Below are positions 23,801-31,630 of a stretch of 64,000 bases of DNA, piece by piece. Source of the stretch: a virus; IMG/VR virus record IMGVR_UViG_3300049855_000609, positions 28,564 through 92,563 of that record; one strand, given 5' to 3'. A program made the translations under genes and the position numbers. Under the pieces are notes generated by a model. That model was not told the DNA's origin. It searched no databases and was given only the letters and a program-made list of their open reading frames with translations. The first letter of the stretch is position 1. The number at the start of each line of letters is the position of its first letter.

Positions 23801-26296
23801 CAATCTTTCTTTGAAAAGATGCCACAGGAGCAAAGAGATGCCCTTTTTGGAGATGATATTTCGAAGGAAACCCGGGATATGCATGAAAGAGAGCTGTTTG
23901 TTTACACGCTGGGTAACATACATGAGTTTGTAGCCAAGATCCTGGCTAAGCCTCATATTCGGGAAGCCATGTCAAAAGTGCCCTATAAGAAGACAAATAT
24001 GAGCCTTTTGGAGAGGTTCTACCAGATCTTCCAGGAGTTCTTAGAGAAAGCCGGCATGAAGTTCGACAAGGATACAGTGGCTTTCCATGCTGTAGCAGAG
24101 ATATTTTCCTGGCTGGAGCAGAACAATGGAGATACTGTACAAAGTAATTCTATACAGGAACAGGTAAAAACTGCTCTCAGTAACAGCATCCTGACAGTAG
24201 AACAGGAGCTGGAAAACCGGAGATTAGAAGCAGAAGAGTTCCGCAAGAGCCTGAAAGGGGCACAGCCTACAGTAAGACAGAAAAAGGAATTCATCGTTTC
24301 CAAGCTGGAAAATGGAGAGGAGATCTTAGGGACTATTCAGCAGGGGTTCAATGGAGGATATGATTTCGTGGACAAGAAAGGCTCCCGGGTAAGGTTCTAT
24401 AATCACTCCGGGAATATTACCCAGGAAGATTACAATAAGACTGTGAGATTGGTACTGGCCCCTGAAGTGAAAGCTGAAGACGGGAAAGTTTTCCGTGATG
24501 TGATACAAGTATGGGCAGGGGATAAATTCTTTGGCAATGTACAGGAAACAGACTGGAAAGAAACTCCTGCTGTTGATCTGCTTAAAAAAATAGATCTGAT
24601 TGAAACCCGCATAGCTAATGGAACAGCTGATCCCCAGGAGTATAAGGATCTGGATGAATACCGGAAACAATTGGGTATGGCTCCCAGATATGGGATAACA
24701 GGAGCTAATTTTGAAACTCAAAGAGAGCAATTACCAAAAGATCCTACCGACAAACTAATCTATGTATTTGAAAAGCTGGGGAAGAAAAATGTAGATAAGA
24801 TTCTGGAAGGCAGAGATGAAGATGGAAATGCTGATTATTTGGTAGCTTATATTCCGGATAACATGACCAAAGAAGAATTTGAAAATACGGATCTTGATGA
24901 GTTTGAATTTGAAGATGCTACTTATGATACAATTATGCGTCTTTTAAAAGGAGTAAAAAAGTTTAACGGAACTGCAAGCTTTTATATAGAAGAGGCTATT
25001 TCTGACCCTGATAATTATAGGTCTATTGCTGCAGAAAATTTTCTTTTACAGATAGCAGATAAAATAAATGAGATCAACCCAACCATACTAAACCCTGATC
25101 AAGGGAGTTTATTTGACCGGGCTTTACCTGAAAAAAGGGATGATTTCCTTTTTGATGTGGATATGCCTGAAATGGGGGCTGCCTTGGAGATCGTTTATGG
25201 TCAGTGGCCTGGATTGGAACAAGAACTCCCTAAAGAAAAGTATATGGAATGGGTTAACACTATCTGGCCGGACTCCTATGTGAAAAGGGTGGTCTATCAT
25301 GGAACAGGTTCAGATATAGAAAAACTGGAACCTTCTCCTAATTCCGGGCTTATCTTCTTCGCGGCTAATCATGAATACAGTGCTGTTTACGCTGAGTGGA
25401 GAAAACAGAATTTGGAGCATGAAAAGTCTTGGAGGAAAGAAACTGCTAAAGTATATGACTTTTGGAATAAAGCTTTATTCCGGACAGATGTAGATGCTAT
25501 TCCTGCACAAATGCTGGTGGATGAGACTATTGATGTTTTACTGAAATACAAGAAAGAAACTCCTGAACGGATATTCAAGGGCCTTTTTGGTGATCTTCCT
25601 TCTAATTTAGTTGAGTTACAAAAAGAGATCATAGAGAACTACAATGAAAAGCAATTTATATGGGATAACGGGGATGAAGATGTTGCAGACTATGAGGACT
25701 ATGTAGAGATGCAGGAAAGACAAAACTGGACAGAAGAACAGTGGCAGGCTTCTTATATAGCAGAACAAAAAGAACTGGAAAAAGAGGCTTTTGTTTATCA
25801 AAGGGATAAGGAAGAAGTATACAGACTGATGAGAAAGAATTTCTATAAATTAGAAAATCAGATCAATGGCCCGGCATACAAGAAGGTAAAAAAATATTTT
25901 GAGGTTCCGGCAAAAGCTAAGGTGCTTCCTGTACTTTTAAATGTAAAAAACCCACAAATAATTGATGAAGAGATCACCACTTACAACATAACAAGTGGTA
26001 TTATCCCTATAGATCCTGCAGCAGATGCCATAATAGGAAAGGATGCTCCTTTATATGCAGACTCTTTTACCGGCAAGGATTGGAAAGAAGAAGAGGTTTT
26101 TGTGATCAAGAACCCGGATCAGATATATTACTTAGGATCCCCGGAGGATATAGCCATGGCCAAGCAGTTTGCTAATGGCAATAAATACATCTCCGTAAAT
26201 GACCCTACTCTGTTCTCTGATAATGTGGAAGATGTGGCTGAAGAGGAAAAATTAAGCTGGAAAGACCGGGAAAATAAAACAGATTGTCCGTTTTAA
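11843..26296 (+). CDS. Virion-packaged DNA-dependent RNA polymerase polyprotein with zincin-like and ART-like domains
   Basis: 4817 aa. FRIPTSGH...QKGLDFDVDK (DxDxD at 20603-20617), plus KRL....APG, TDSQ and QQD motifs of crAss-like RNAPs; EEMLH...HEFVA zincin-like segment; C-terminal VYHGT...LNVKNP ART-like domain. Confidence 0.9.
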   Translation: MAGTKSEVVTEKGQKTAVEVMNDLMKGTADTPKPVVKTTEPPVLSAVDVMNKLMRGESVEVKSPATSGFLSADAPVSTSSTGHTPDLQKKLEEGMDISNDIDNYYINKAHDQSFVEQSLLTTGRMVSNFLYGAVSAAGSTLDMIDTPMMLTGVIKEYGNILGDAAKSAQEWEEEKYPIYKKDPNTTILSGGLLDPGWWGNIMVGVSHSAGIWGESVAATLGAGALTGPTGYLAGIGAGIKAMKSAKGLSNILKVAKNSDQIRRSIMLSTALRGMNELQMEGVDSYHQVYKGMIDKGMSHEEAVKYASVAAANTARLNLPKVALDLLQAKLLLVNPMSGSTEGLLESFLGKLPTKIGTPTKWIANMGGESFEEYYQAIAQNESVYKAEMMAGLTPKTTLGERLKKYNRDGNTWDAAFSGAVGGLVLGKLQQSFQKWGEGKGIKDLRSEQEKFVQNMSAGMTLEMVEKISQAVQEGKPEKAKALLRDLSEHKAITATHLDALTDRDTAFNSYMTYLDKTIEAAEKGDMDALEGLIVPGMDLQDVKERFKVYREDALAIKELYDNNTEKHSREAVVPITRLEYDIKRLGEEQKTFPARLAAEKANIADYDSLSTIGKQLYDLHAERAAKSVKGLPVEDLTQAINTLTQTLTPEQKAQDQKILNSISWNNGYTRTVDAQIANQKALDNKRENLILWKDSKYQEMSVEQKDEKLIRDAKSLKELDAIRIALATQKRLTQNKRNMIGEKRKNLLLEEKDKPASLTASPTVPAFVANPATITPLAPDAFDTANTTNSIPSVEDTTTTATAIPSPSPANTSMTQPTVEELSAILNQAIEQGVQEEDEDSDDIFDTDAIPEKEFRDKMKTLVKKRVEELTAELGHRPSFTEFFQDFVDKTSEQKGDQHFEALKTAWLDNGYPKVNFDAIRNAISRSKVTFSELLGTLDQQSGEVVQQPASQEAAGVESVLYDTKLYPLPEGHKNRYKIDDFTKYKPGTKLSMEMMEDPGETITIWDQEQPREVSLAKWVAESGGSTQDYVDDVPILVKDESGEPVATIPQVSFFKRESWGRDLPESIREAKRQDAINNVRKLRTELYGAPYKKVSIEITERNYGTMLTFPGKEKRQVSKADPTAPIGVKNSGPSFTTTEGIISTDQIYNPGNTLKISDGHKYEFRKMGEKNGKPFYWAQRVHYGNISQQEAQSVYYACASYIFQDISAEQNPKAKELSHKIKDKVKAAGGDAGMNIHWVSNLETYISQFVDLSNLSIADDEALLIALHSTADPSLFKTEEEKEQAKARIGKPYIITQHGTILFGRLGQQIQVEQYDSNGVKKWVTLSYLENNMKLFKVRSQDTAIQVKNKGLLLEALQRLLNDTTENGFKQGMTKKENHLKSKIPVSLISRSANNVVDVTTYTGTDGKSDYASYLKDTMYTVLDAVNVGTKEEPRFVSMVNNEIKFKAFVPEEARLKAVQKTEQVIAEEVKTPEGVADMFTEQYMRDHGYSEEAIRKFLSGDNLYDVDLENYKRVTDEMMQRVKKRMTSISDLDSSDRQELINYISRQIEQRLDGKNKEVISREDTIGEVTHSFENIIQPKMDFWRSEVKKLKEILAANPASTRLQYLIDDMELNIHNVMMVRKHWKSLMEDVELELERNINLKIKDFSEESYSKTAMERDPKSSVRLMVKRFLSRIPRYENGYRKIGFLGVESYPGFDYYFDLLGEVLSPQAAEQEGKATNISVRAEWDDIIARLKQNQERYPWIKYLLEQLETAPQQLKIQFTVGLAGKHNIHPEFVMISKHGTGVYLRSWETNYSDKVKVIRRQWESNSKDIDLFTYSDGEYRINIDHAKYLLGQYQMFLKRGLHKLKEAQEWLSEFGINLSMDAMEFLKTDGYTLFDGSTRMRIKDLFPQAETEKNKTAFSETNNIFKKLASVLTLAIAANEANPTRALSIRERKDLDPFAAAHGLIGRLASVEARFSLVVSPNAYRDSGKNIYAITQNKLACQQVEDLIRNDESGKALIDSKLEQVFDGKSMILKLMKESPEFAKSFQISHISLEALKEERRDSPFNMEVTRLSDADKHMMTMGFMQSTTQGSIMVSDEMKKIFMGIPVRMARMLLPTMSDKELMLEVLTAILAPNSNNFRDLEGNTGLSDNLLRLMYSQMVEPELDRIIDYHIRKARGEQFNQKDYDKAAQIFHFIPEMNNVTRMVHGQEVRVIEYLQANAHNMTAEEIAREKQRLQIASYRKMEDVVTDEVTNVVHNWFKWGFAVQEKNGSVSFPYMDKNYVNDAGWKGTSEEKLMHFAYDYVVNNMLTNANHFMMFAGDVANFGKANAFSTKDFEDGNPTRPLGDGSVYRMNSENIIGRNVGKRLAMLIAPGDPLFNSENDNYIQLFLEDAKVVAPNAEYMIDLHYEGKRTDKVNELLYQARNEDDKKKSAVETLSKMFPDIASFFSIENTDSQEMMTAGEALNVAYRRGNLSEEKYKELKGKIRRQRAAEKEGKPIAKADFISHEDINLVFQPQKPVYTGYKMENGRTRMVYIKTSAISLLPQLTGADTQLYGLRRKMEEIEDSSGRNVRAVYVSGAKIGSPQKAFSVWKANGDFKEDAINVQSVVDNLNSGNPDSALILPRKFFRIQQDIPFKSHYKEEDLTKLGTQMMKTIFGNGVSKIKEKVFSYKGEMLSGEELYKEYNSLIDTWIKTEKTKLYRELGVDELTGKPKNMRKFSEKLHSMLLKEARKRDYPLQDQQALGLDIKRDDLTGEVLDVRFTIPLWLTPNSNRYESLLNSIVGNRMLNLELPGVGLVTASSQGFKWKATDDLTDVQNFSDIIWRKTRFNGELRAFDTDAGTKAQILVPSKFRGRDGKLIDLLDPKNGYFYEEGGRKFLNEDRIKAELLESTSFRIPTSGHVSIASVEIVGFLPPQNGDIMVVPPNFLPQKGLDFDVDKEYLYNLWHALDEEDNIVSLEDGIKMTYQEIEMLEKNINDQIESMRDYYKDNQEMLNEIDELKTDLEVRKTLSFDGKESKKAVREIHTKIKELKEELLVFGNEVLDEKVGGKYWEVNDNLKKEIKKALTKLAEMEDYKTQFLQNDLVRVYSSVMSTKDKRVQRKINKVLSMDFVRDQASYIEQTATGKKTQFSMLTPGFQTEKMKQGAAGNGTIGVYSNFLVVHGLSQQTEAPLRLMTKIWNEEKEKMETVPYSLVIGKFKSDGYLGRGLTLDGARDVSSVYEERQQTSLDNENEGILGRVGVSMSTINVDCILVGQGYDRDTFEIGDLTDVNVQKEIQSNPFGVIEKNGKAYREVSIPYLLLSQPLVKKYIQEVQDSNSITRGYEKNKKRKILEKLIEEYGGLENFELAKEDHIRRMLTGENLARNLEGLTDNMVQLSALGIVEEIERLFSSSMTSLQQRLNIQGNELGISNLEARQKYKNLFKFNSNFPIQNASKLVGDYLSKKKAAQLLSTEAGKELIRKNGFIILESPVPGEREVVMRPTSFSGSLMVYAPIANKELWDNFFPYKSAVVEESVTALLNIFGGVKKGSDISDKSILDTTYLIMEEMKKYLNSSEDLGTFSGDPQMQRARLTISDENNVSLPKYMRELFSMNKEGLSVEESKGLDMVKNNKVTSRLFYNFDKGAPSTLKFDNNRGEDSNESYKYQAIVELLEKNLPLPAWNKQPYTTRQLGIDLISYAYLEGGVQKAIQYIKYISIPVLEEIGYATTSRKWQEAIVYGDEHVIEGLFGGQGYYSNLAKQVVQHNPGKVKYQLTKEQITNTKDVEGKPSVILGNTNSFVPEEFSFIEDDMVEPYATIYNELGTGRDKLMLFQWDMENSRYTRIPTFNYFGMSQYSMKTNHVTPLTEVRWTPVKPSSGQVLPTEDNTDRSSLFELGTGDAIKILDAIAKADFGTTSFLASYTAGFVDKTLKIDIVDETKEGDTPFRAVYNPSSNTLRISRKFLNNHKYSPEEIAYTIMEEMLHSVMSRELIKYFDAKGKLLVPEQYLPPHILRLHRLLLETQSFFEKMPQEQRDALFGDDISKETRDMHERELFVYTLGNIHEFVAKILAKPHIREAMSKVPYKKTNMSLLERFYQIFQEFLEKAGMKFDKDTVAFHAVAEIFSWLEQNNGDTVQSNSIQEQVKTALSNSILTVEQELENRRLEAEEFRKSLKGAQPTVRQKKEFIVSKLENGEEILGTIQQGFNGGYDFVDKKGSRVRFYNHSGNITQEDYNKTVRLVLAPEVKAEDGKVFRDVIQVWAGDKFFGNVQETDWKETPAVDLLKKIDLIETRIANGTADPQEYKDLDEYRKQLGMAPRYGITGANFETQREQLPKDPTDKLIYVFEKLGKKNVDKILEGRDEDGNADYLVAYIPDNMTKEEFENTDLDEFEFEDATYDTIMRLLKGVKKFNGTASFYIEEAISDPDNYRSIAAENFLLQIADKINEINPTILNPDQGSLFDRALPEKRDDFLFDVDMPEMGAALEIVYGQWPGLEQELPKEKYMEWVNTIWPDSYVKRVVYHGTGSDIEKLEPSPNSGLIFFAANHEYSAVYAEWRKQNLEHEKSWRKETAKVYDFWNKALFRTDVDAIPAQMLVDETIDVLLKYKKETPERIFKGLFGDLPSNLVELQKEIIENYNEKQFIWDNGDEDVADYEDYVEMQERQNWTEEQWQASYIAEQKELEKEAFVYQRDKEEVYRLMRKNFYKLENQINGPAYKKVKKYFEVPAKAKVLPVLLNVKNPQIIDEEITTYNITSGIIPIDPAADAIIGKDAPLYADSFTGKDWKEEEVFVIKNPDQIYYLGSPEDIAMAKQFANGNKYISVNDPTLFSDNVEDVAEEEKLSWKDRENKTDCPF

Positions 26297-26312
26297 CCAT
26301 TAAATTTGAACC

Positions 26313-29300
26313 ATGAGTACAGATTGCGGAGGAAGAAAATTACCCTTTAAAACAGCAGAAGCTAATGCTAAATCCTGGATGAGATCCGAGGGTTTTATCA
26401 ATAATTTTTTGGAGATCACAGCAGCCCCGGAGGAAAAAGAAAAGGAGTTTTTCCGGATAGCAGAGAGCCTTAAAAAACAAGGGATTCAGAAGTATGGCAT
26501 TCTGACAGACTGGGTATACATGGCCGGCCAGGGGAAGATAACTGTAAACCGCGAGGCTTTTAAAGCTGCAGATGTACTCAATGGGGTTATCTATAATAAC
26601 GAAGTAGATCCTTCTAAATACCTGGATTCCCGCAAAGATCAGAACCTCTATGATGTGGATGATGAGAACTTTTTTCAGGCCCAGGATACTCCCCAGGATG
26701 ACTTTGATATAGAAAGTACCACAGACACCAATATCAGGGCCAGCCTTCCCCGGTTATTACAGTTAAAGGAAAAGCTTGCTGCTATAATAAGAAGGGAAAT
26801 AGCTGAGATGAACAGCATCATGGAGAATTTCAAGGAAGACAAGGAGGTTTATACCAAAGCTTTGAAGAGAAGAGGAGAGCTTCAAAAGAAGCTGGATGGG
26901 ACTGTTATTGTAAACTCCCTGGGAATAGATCCGGTGATAGAAAAGGGTTTGCTCAAAGAAATAGAAGAACTGAAAGCCTGGAACAGCCATGATCCGGCAA
27001 TGTTTGGGCCCATGATAGAGTCTGAACTGCACAGGCTGGAAAAGATCATGGAACATGACCTGGACTCTTCCGAGAAAATAGAAGAAGCCAACCTGATCAT
27101 TGATTTTGTTCTTGCCATGAATAACTTTGACCGGCAGTTTGTGGAGAAGGATAACCATCCTATCTATCATGCCGGAGAATTGTATGTAGGGGAAACCCTG
27201 GTGCTGACAGATACTGACCGGGAATACTATGCCAGGTGGGCTGTAAGGGCTTATGAAGCCAAGAGTAAACTATTCAGTGCGGAAAAGAGAGAAATAGAAA
27301 GAAGGGTGAACTCTGATGTAAATGTCCAAAAGATGTTTGACGGAAAGCAGTTTACTTTTGAAGAGATCACAGAACTGAAAGATGGGTTAAAAGATATAGA
27401 CTGGATATCCAGTGCCGTGCTGGATATCACTTCCGGGTATATGACCCATAATGGTATGCTGCCCCATGTAATGCTGAAAATGCTCTCTGATGCCCTGGCA
27501 GATGCCCAGATAGAGCAGAGGGCTTTGGAAGAAACCCTGGACCAGACAGTAGAAAAGGCACAGGAAGTGCTTTCCAGTAAGAAATTTGAAGGAGGAAAGT
27601 ATCGATTAGCTTCCCTGGGTATCATTGGAATAAAAGGGGTTTCCTGGAGCCTGTACTGGCAAGAAGGAGAAAATGGCCTGCGGACAGGTTTTCTGGTAAA
27701 CAAACTTTCATCCAAATGGATGAACCTTCAGGAAGAAATAGAAAAGAAATACAGGAAGATGACCTATGGTCCAAAGACAAAAGCAGAGCTGGACCTGGCT
27801 AATAAAAAGAGAAATGACTGGCTGACAGAAAACGCCAAGCTCATCCAGTCTTCTTTGCTCCCGGAGATCAGGGATGAAGTATTCAAAGTCCCTCCTGCCG
27901 GCCAGGAAAATCCCCTGGCTGTTCTTCAGAAATATTTTCAGGCACCGGATAACCAGCAAAAAGCAACCCAGCATAAAGCAGAGCTGATATCCATTATAGG
28001 AGAAGAATATTATAAGGAAAGAGTAGAAAAACAAAAAGAATTACTCTTGGAATTTGTCACCCAGAGGGAGATCTTCATAGAAAGTAAGCTAAAAGAATAT
28101 GCTATTCCAGCAGGGGCCACAGAACAGGACCTGAGAAATCTTTATCCGGATCTGGACAAAGCCATCAATTTCTGGGAAGCAAAATATGATCCTTTTATTG
28201 CAGAAGAGTACTCTAAGACAGGATATCCTTCCAGTAAGGCTGCCGGACAAAACCACTCTTTCCACTCTTATTATACCTATAACCAGCATATTCCTCTCCG
28301 GCATAAGCCGGATGCCTCAGGAAGTATGGTGGAAACAGGTTTTTACGATAATAACTTTGAGCTGATAGAAAATAATCAAGCTCTGCTGGATTTTTACCGG
28401 GTAGCCAGAAAGTGGGCCACTACTATGAGAAATAACTTTGGCCTGGGTATCAAAAAGATGTTGCCGGAAGGCTTTATCCCTTTTATGGAAAGGACCCTGG
28501 GAGAGCAGATATGGAACTCCGGAGAGGTATCTGAAATGCTCACTCTGGCAGGAAAAATAAAAGCAATCTATACCCATGTATTTGATTATTTGAAAATGGG
28601 TATGGGAGTGAGGGAAGAAGATACTTTTGACTATGCGGAGAGAGATCCGTTGACGGGAAAGAAAACTTACAAAATAAACGACACCTTTATAAAACAAAGC
28701 CGGAAGAAAACAGAAAATGCCTTTGCTTTGAACCAGGCTGTTTTTGTAAAGAATTATAAAGGACTACGCGGAAGAGATTATCTGGGGCTTATAAAAAGGA
28801 ACTCAAAAAGAATGGTTTACATAGACCATCCGGATCCTAAATTCAATAATGCGGATGCCATGGCACAGCTTATCTCTCCTTACCTGGGACTGGAGACTCC
28901 TCTTACGGGGAAAGAGCTGATAGAAAGATATGGGGTACTGGAAGACAGGGATAGGTCAGGAGCCATGAAAGCTACTATACCCTTAGGAGAGATCCTTTAT
29001 GATTTTTCCCAGCACCAGGTAGTACAGGAACAGTCTTTTGATTTACCGAAGATCATCCGTTTTTATGGTAAAGCAGCTGCAGATTATAAAGCCCGGACAA
29101 CAGTGTTACCCACTCTGGCCTTTATGAAAAGGTATTATGAAGAGATCAATGATATTGAGACCACGAATACCGGGGAGCAGAAAAAAGGGAATTTCCGGGG
29201 AAGAGAAAAGCCTATTACCCGGGGTTTCAGAAAAAATGCCATAGCCCAGCTGGAAAGCTGGTTCAACATGCGTGTTTTAGGAGATGAAAGTATAGACCAT

Positions 29301-31313
29301 TTTGGTACAACAACCCCTTCTGAGAAAAACATCAATGATGAGGCCAGTGTTGTAAAGAGGACTCTAAAGGGTTTTGGCATAGGAAAGAAAATGATGACTG
29401 CCCGGGAGGTAGAACTCAGCAAACAGATAGATGAGCTCCTTCTTACAGAGAAAAATGTAGAAAGAATTGAAACTCTGAATACTATTAAAAAAGGCTTGGG
29501 AAGGGTAGTTGCAGTTTCTGCTATCCTGGAATCCATAGGTACTTTTCTGAGAACAAAAGGTTTGGCAGTAAACCTGAATTCAGCAACTACCAACTTGGTA
29601 GAAGGACAGCTGGCCAATGGCCTGATGGCAGAGACCTGGGATGATCCGGATTCCATAAACACGGTTACCCTGTCTGAGATAGTGGCTTCAGATCTGAGGA
29701 AAAAAGTAGGGGCAAATGGGATAGAAAAAGTGCTTATTGTACAGCACATGCAGGATTTCTGGAACTTGCTTCAGGACTCTTCCAATGACCTGCAACGGTC
29801 TACTATAAAATCCTCTCTGTCAAAAATAGACAAATATGGTATCTATTATCCGCAAAGAAAAACAGAGAGTTATAACCAGATACCTCTGATAGCTGCAAAG
29901 CTGAAGCAGTTCAAGATAAAAGATAAAGACGGAAACGAAGCTCCTATACTGGATGCCACCGGGGAAAACTCCGCTATGGAATGGAATTTTGAAGAAGGCC
30001 GGCCAAGGTTAAAAGCTGCTTTTCGTACAAAGGAGAATATCGATAACTGGGAGCATGCCAATGGAAAGCAGTTCAAGGACTTTCAATCGGAGACCAGAAC
30101 ACTTATCCGGAGAACACACGGGGATTTTGACCCTATAACAGGACAAAGGATCAAAAGGAATGTCTTTGGTAAGCTGGCCATGATGTTTAAAACCTGGCTT
30201 CCTATGGAGGTCTGGAAGCGTATTGCAGCAGAGCATGTGGATATTATGGGTGGTACCAGATTCAAAGGCCGGTGGAGAAGCCATACCATGATCACGGCTT
30301 CCCTGATGGGGGCCATAGGTGTGGCTCCATTTTTAGGCATTCTTCCCGGGGCTATAACTGCAGGAACCATAGGCGCCATAGCAGGAAGGGCAGTAGGTAA
30401 AAAACCCTCTATTGGAGTTCTTAAAGAGTTGTTATATGTTACAAAGATACAAATCCGGAAGCTGATCGGATTACCTGTCAATTACACCAGCCGGATATTT
30501 GTCAAAAAAGATATTTTAGGGACAAGGCTTACTAAAAAGGAGTTTGCCAAAATGCAAAATGAAGCCAAAAAGCAAGGCTTCGATGAGCTGGATTTTAAGA
30601 ACTGGCAGTCCAATATGCAGGAGATCTCCAATATGCTGGTGTTTTTAGCACTTATTCTGTTTGTCAAAGGGCTTACCTGGGATGATGATGATGATGAAGA
30701 AGATCCGCGGAGATACACCCACAACATGCTGATCAACATGCTCATCAATTTTGCCGGCAATCAGTACAGCTTTATTAACCCGGCTACCTTATACAAAGAC
30801 CATGTAGCCGGAGTAGCCATAGTGCGGTTTATTGGAGATATTGAAAAAACCCTGAGGTTAGTAGAGCCTTACCTCAATGATGAGGACTATGAAACAAAAG
30901 GCATTCACCGGGGAGAGCACCGGTTTCCAAGGCAGTTAAGAAAAACTTTCCTCCCTTCTTTGTTCAGAGAACCATGGACCCTTGGCTTTGGTACTTTGAT
31001 GGAAGACCAGTTCACTCCTTTGCCAATGGATAAGATGTTCTATTCCGAAGACAAAAAAGACAAAACCTGGGTAATGCAGCAAAGGGCAAAATATGATCTG
31101 ATGTTGGAAAAAGAAATGGGTATCACAGATGAGGCAAAGAGAAAGAAGATGCTGGATTATGTCTTTAAAAAGAAACAGGACAAGAAAAAAGACATCAATG
31201 AAAGCTATACAGATGTCAAAAACAGGACAGAGAATGTAGAAGAGGAACAACTTCTGGAAGGGCTGATGATCCTGGACAAGCAAGGTAAATTCGAAAAGAA
31301 AAAGAAAAAATAA
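26313..31313 (+). CDS. Large virion cargo (polyvalent-type) protein
   Basis: 1666 aa, helical. RTHGDFD...KRNVFGKLAMMFKTWLP motif and hydrophobic segments near the C-terminus; follows the RNAP as in crAss-like phages. Confidence 0.65.
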   Translation: MSTDCGGRKLPFKTAEANAKSWMRSEGFINNFLEITAAPEEKEKEFFRIAESLKKQGIQKYGILTDWVYMAGQGKITVNREAFKAADVLNGVIYNNEVDPSKYLDSRKDQNLYDVDDENFFQAQDTPQDDFDIESTTDTNIRASLPRLLQLKEKLAAIIRREIAEMNSIMENFKEDKEVYTKALKRRGELQKKLDGTVIVNSLGIDPVIEKGLLKEIEELKAWNSHDPAMFGPMIESELHRLEKIMEHDLDSSEKIEEANLIIDFVLAMNNFDRQFVEKDNHPIYHAGELYVGETLVLTDTDREYYARWAVRAYEAKSKLFSAEKREIERRVNSDVNVQKMFDGKQFTFEEITELKDGLKDIDWISSAVLDITSGYMTHNGMLPHVMLKMLSDALADAQIEQRALEETLDQTVEKAQEVLSSKKFEGGKYRLASLGIIGIKGVSWSLYWQEGENGLRTGFLVNKLSSKWMNLQEEIEKKYRKMTYGPKTKAELDLANKKRNDWLTENAKLIQSSLLPEIRDEVFKVPPAGQENPLAVLQKYFQAPDNQQKATQHKAELISIIGEEYYKERVEKQKELLLEFVTQREIFIESKLKEYAIPAGATEQDLRNLYPDLDKAINFWEAKYDPFIAEEYSKTGYPSSKAAGQNHSFHSYYTYNQHIPLRHKPDASGSMVETGFYDNNFELIENNQALLDFYRVARKWATTMRNNFGLGIKKMLPEGFIPFMERTLGEQIWNSGEVSEMLTLAGKIKAIYTHVFDYLKMGMGVREEDTFDYAERDPLTGKKTYKINDTFIKQSRKKTENAFALNQAVFVKNYKGLRGRDYLGLIKRNSKRMVYIDHPDPKFNNADAMAQLISPYLGLETPLTGKELIERYGVLEDRDRSGAMKATIPLGEILYDFSQHQVVQEQSFDLPKIIRFYGKAAADYKARTTVLPTLAFMKRYYEEINDIETTNTGEQKKGNFRGREKPITRGFRKNAIAQLESWFNMRVLGDESIDHFGTTTPSEKNINDEASVVKRTLKGFGIGKKMMTAREVELSKQIDELLLTEKNVERIETLNTIKKGLGRVVAVSAILESIGTFLRTKGLAVNLNSATTNLVEGQLANGLMAETWDDPDSINTVTLSEIVASDLRKKVGANGIEKVLIVQHMQDFWNLLQDSSNDLQRSTIKSSLSKIDKYGIYYPQRKTESYNQIPLIAAKLKQFKIKDKDGNEAPILDATGENSAMEWNFEEGRPRLKAAFRTKENIDNWEHANGKQFKDFQSETRTLIRRTHGDFDPITGQRIKRNVFGKLAMMFKTWLPMEVWKRIAAEHVDIMGGTRFKGRWRSHTMITASLMGAIGVAPFLGILPGAITAGTIGAIAGRAVGKKPSIGVLKELLYVTKIQIRKLIGLPVNYTSRIFVKKDILGTRLTKKEFAKMQNEAKKQGFDELDFKNWQSNMQEISNMLVFLALILFVKGLTWDDDDDEEDPRRYTHNMLINMLINFAGNQYSFINPATLYKDHVAGVAIVRFIGDIEKTLRLVEPYLNDEDYETKGIHRGEHRFPRQLRKTFLPSLFREPWTLGFGTLMEDQFTPLPMDKMFYSEDKKDKTWVMQQRAKYDLMLEKEMGITDEAKRKKMLDYVFKKKQDKKKDINESYTDVKNRTENVEEEQLLEGLMILDKQGKFEKKKKK

Positions 31314-31340
31314 CAGGACACCTGCTGGCATCCTGTTATT
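31309..31340. terminator. Bidirectional terminator between the convergent gene blocks
   Basis: 10-bp stem aataacagga / tcctgttatt with A/T-rich flanks at the strand switch. Confidence 0.75.
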
Positions 31341-31345
31341 AAATC

Positions 31346-31630
31346 CTATACTATGGTAAGAATGTCTTTGAGGGCATCCAGGGTTCCTCCATTTACGAAG
31401 TACCGGATATTTTTCCCTTCTCTTTCCGTGGTCACCAGGTCAGATCTTCGAAGCTGGGCCAGGAACTGGGAACAGACAGACTGCTCCAGTTTAAGGGTCT
31501 TGTACAGGTCTGTGACTATGGTTCCTGGCTTGTTATCCAGGTAAACCAGGATCTTCTGGTTGGTGGGATGCAGGGCTGCTCTGACCAGCAGTTGCAGTTC
31601 CCGGAGTTTAAGTTGATTTGGCAGTTTCAT
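31346..31630 (-). CDS. ArsR/SmtB-family HTH transcriptional regulator
   Basis: RAALHPTNQKIL..L......VTDLY..LKLEQSVCSQFLAQLRRSDLVTTEREGKNIRY matches the ArsR winged helix. Confidence 0.85.
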   Translation of the reverse strand: MKLPNQLKLRELQLLVRAALHPTNQKILVYLDNKPGTIVTDLYKTLKLEQSVCSQFLAQLRRSDLVTTEREGKNIRYFVNGGTLDALKDILTIV

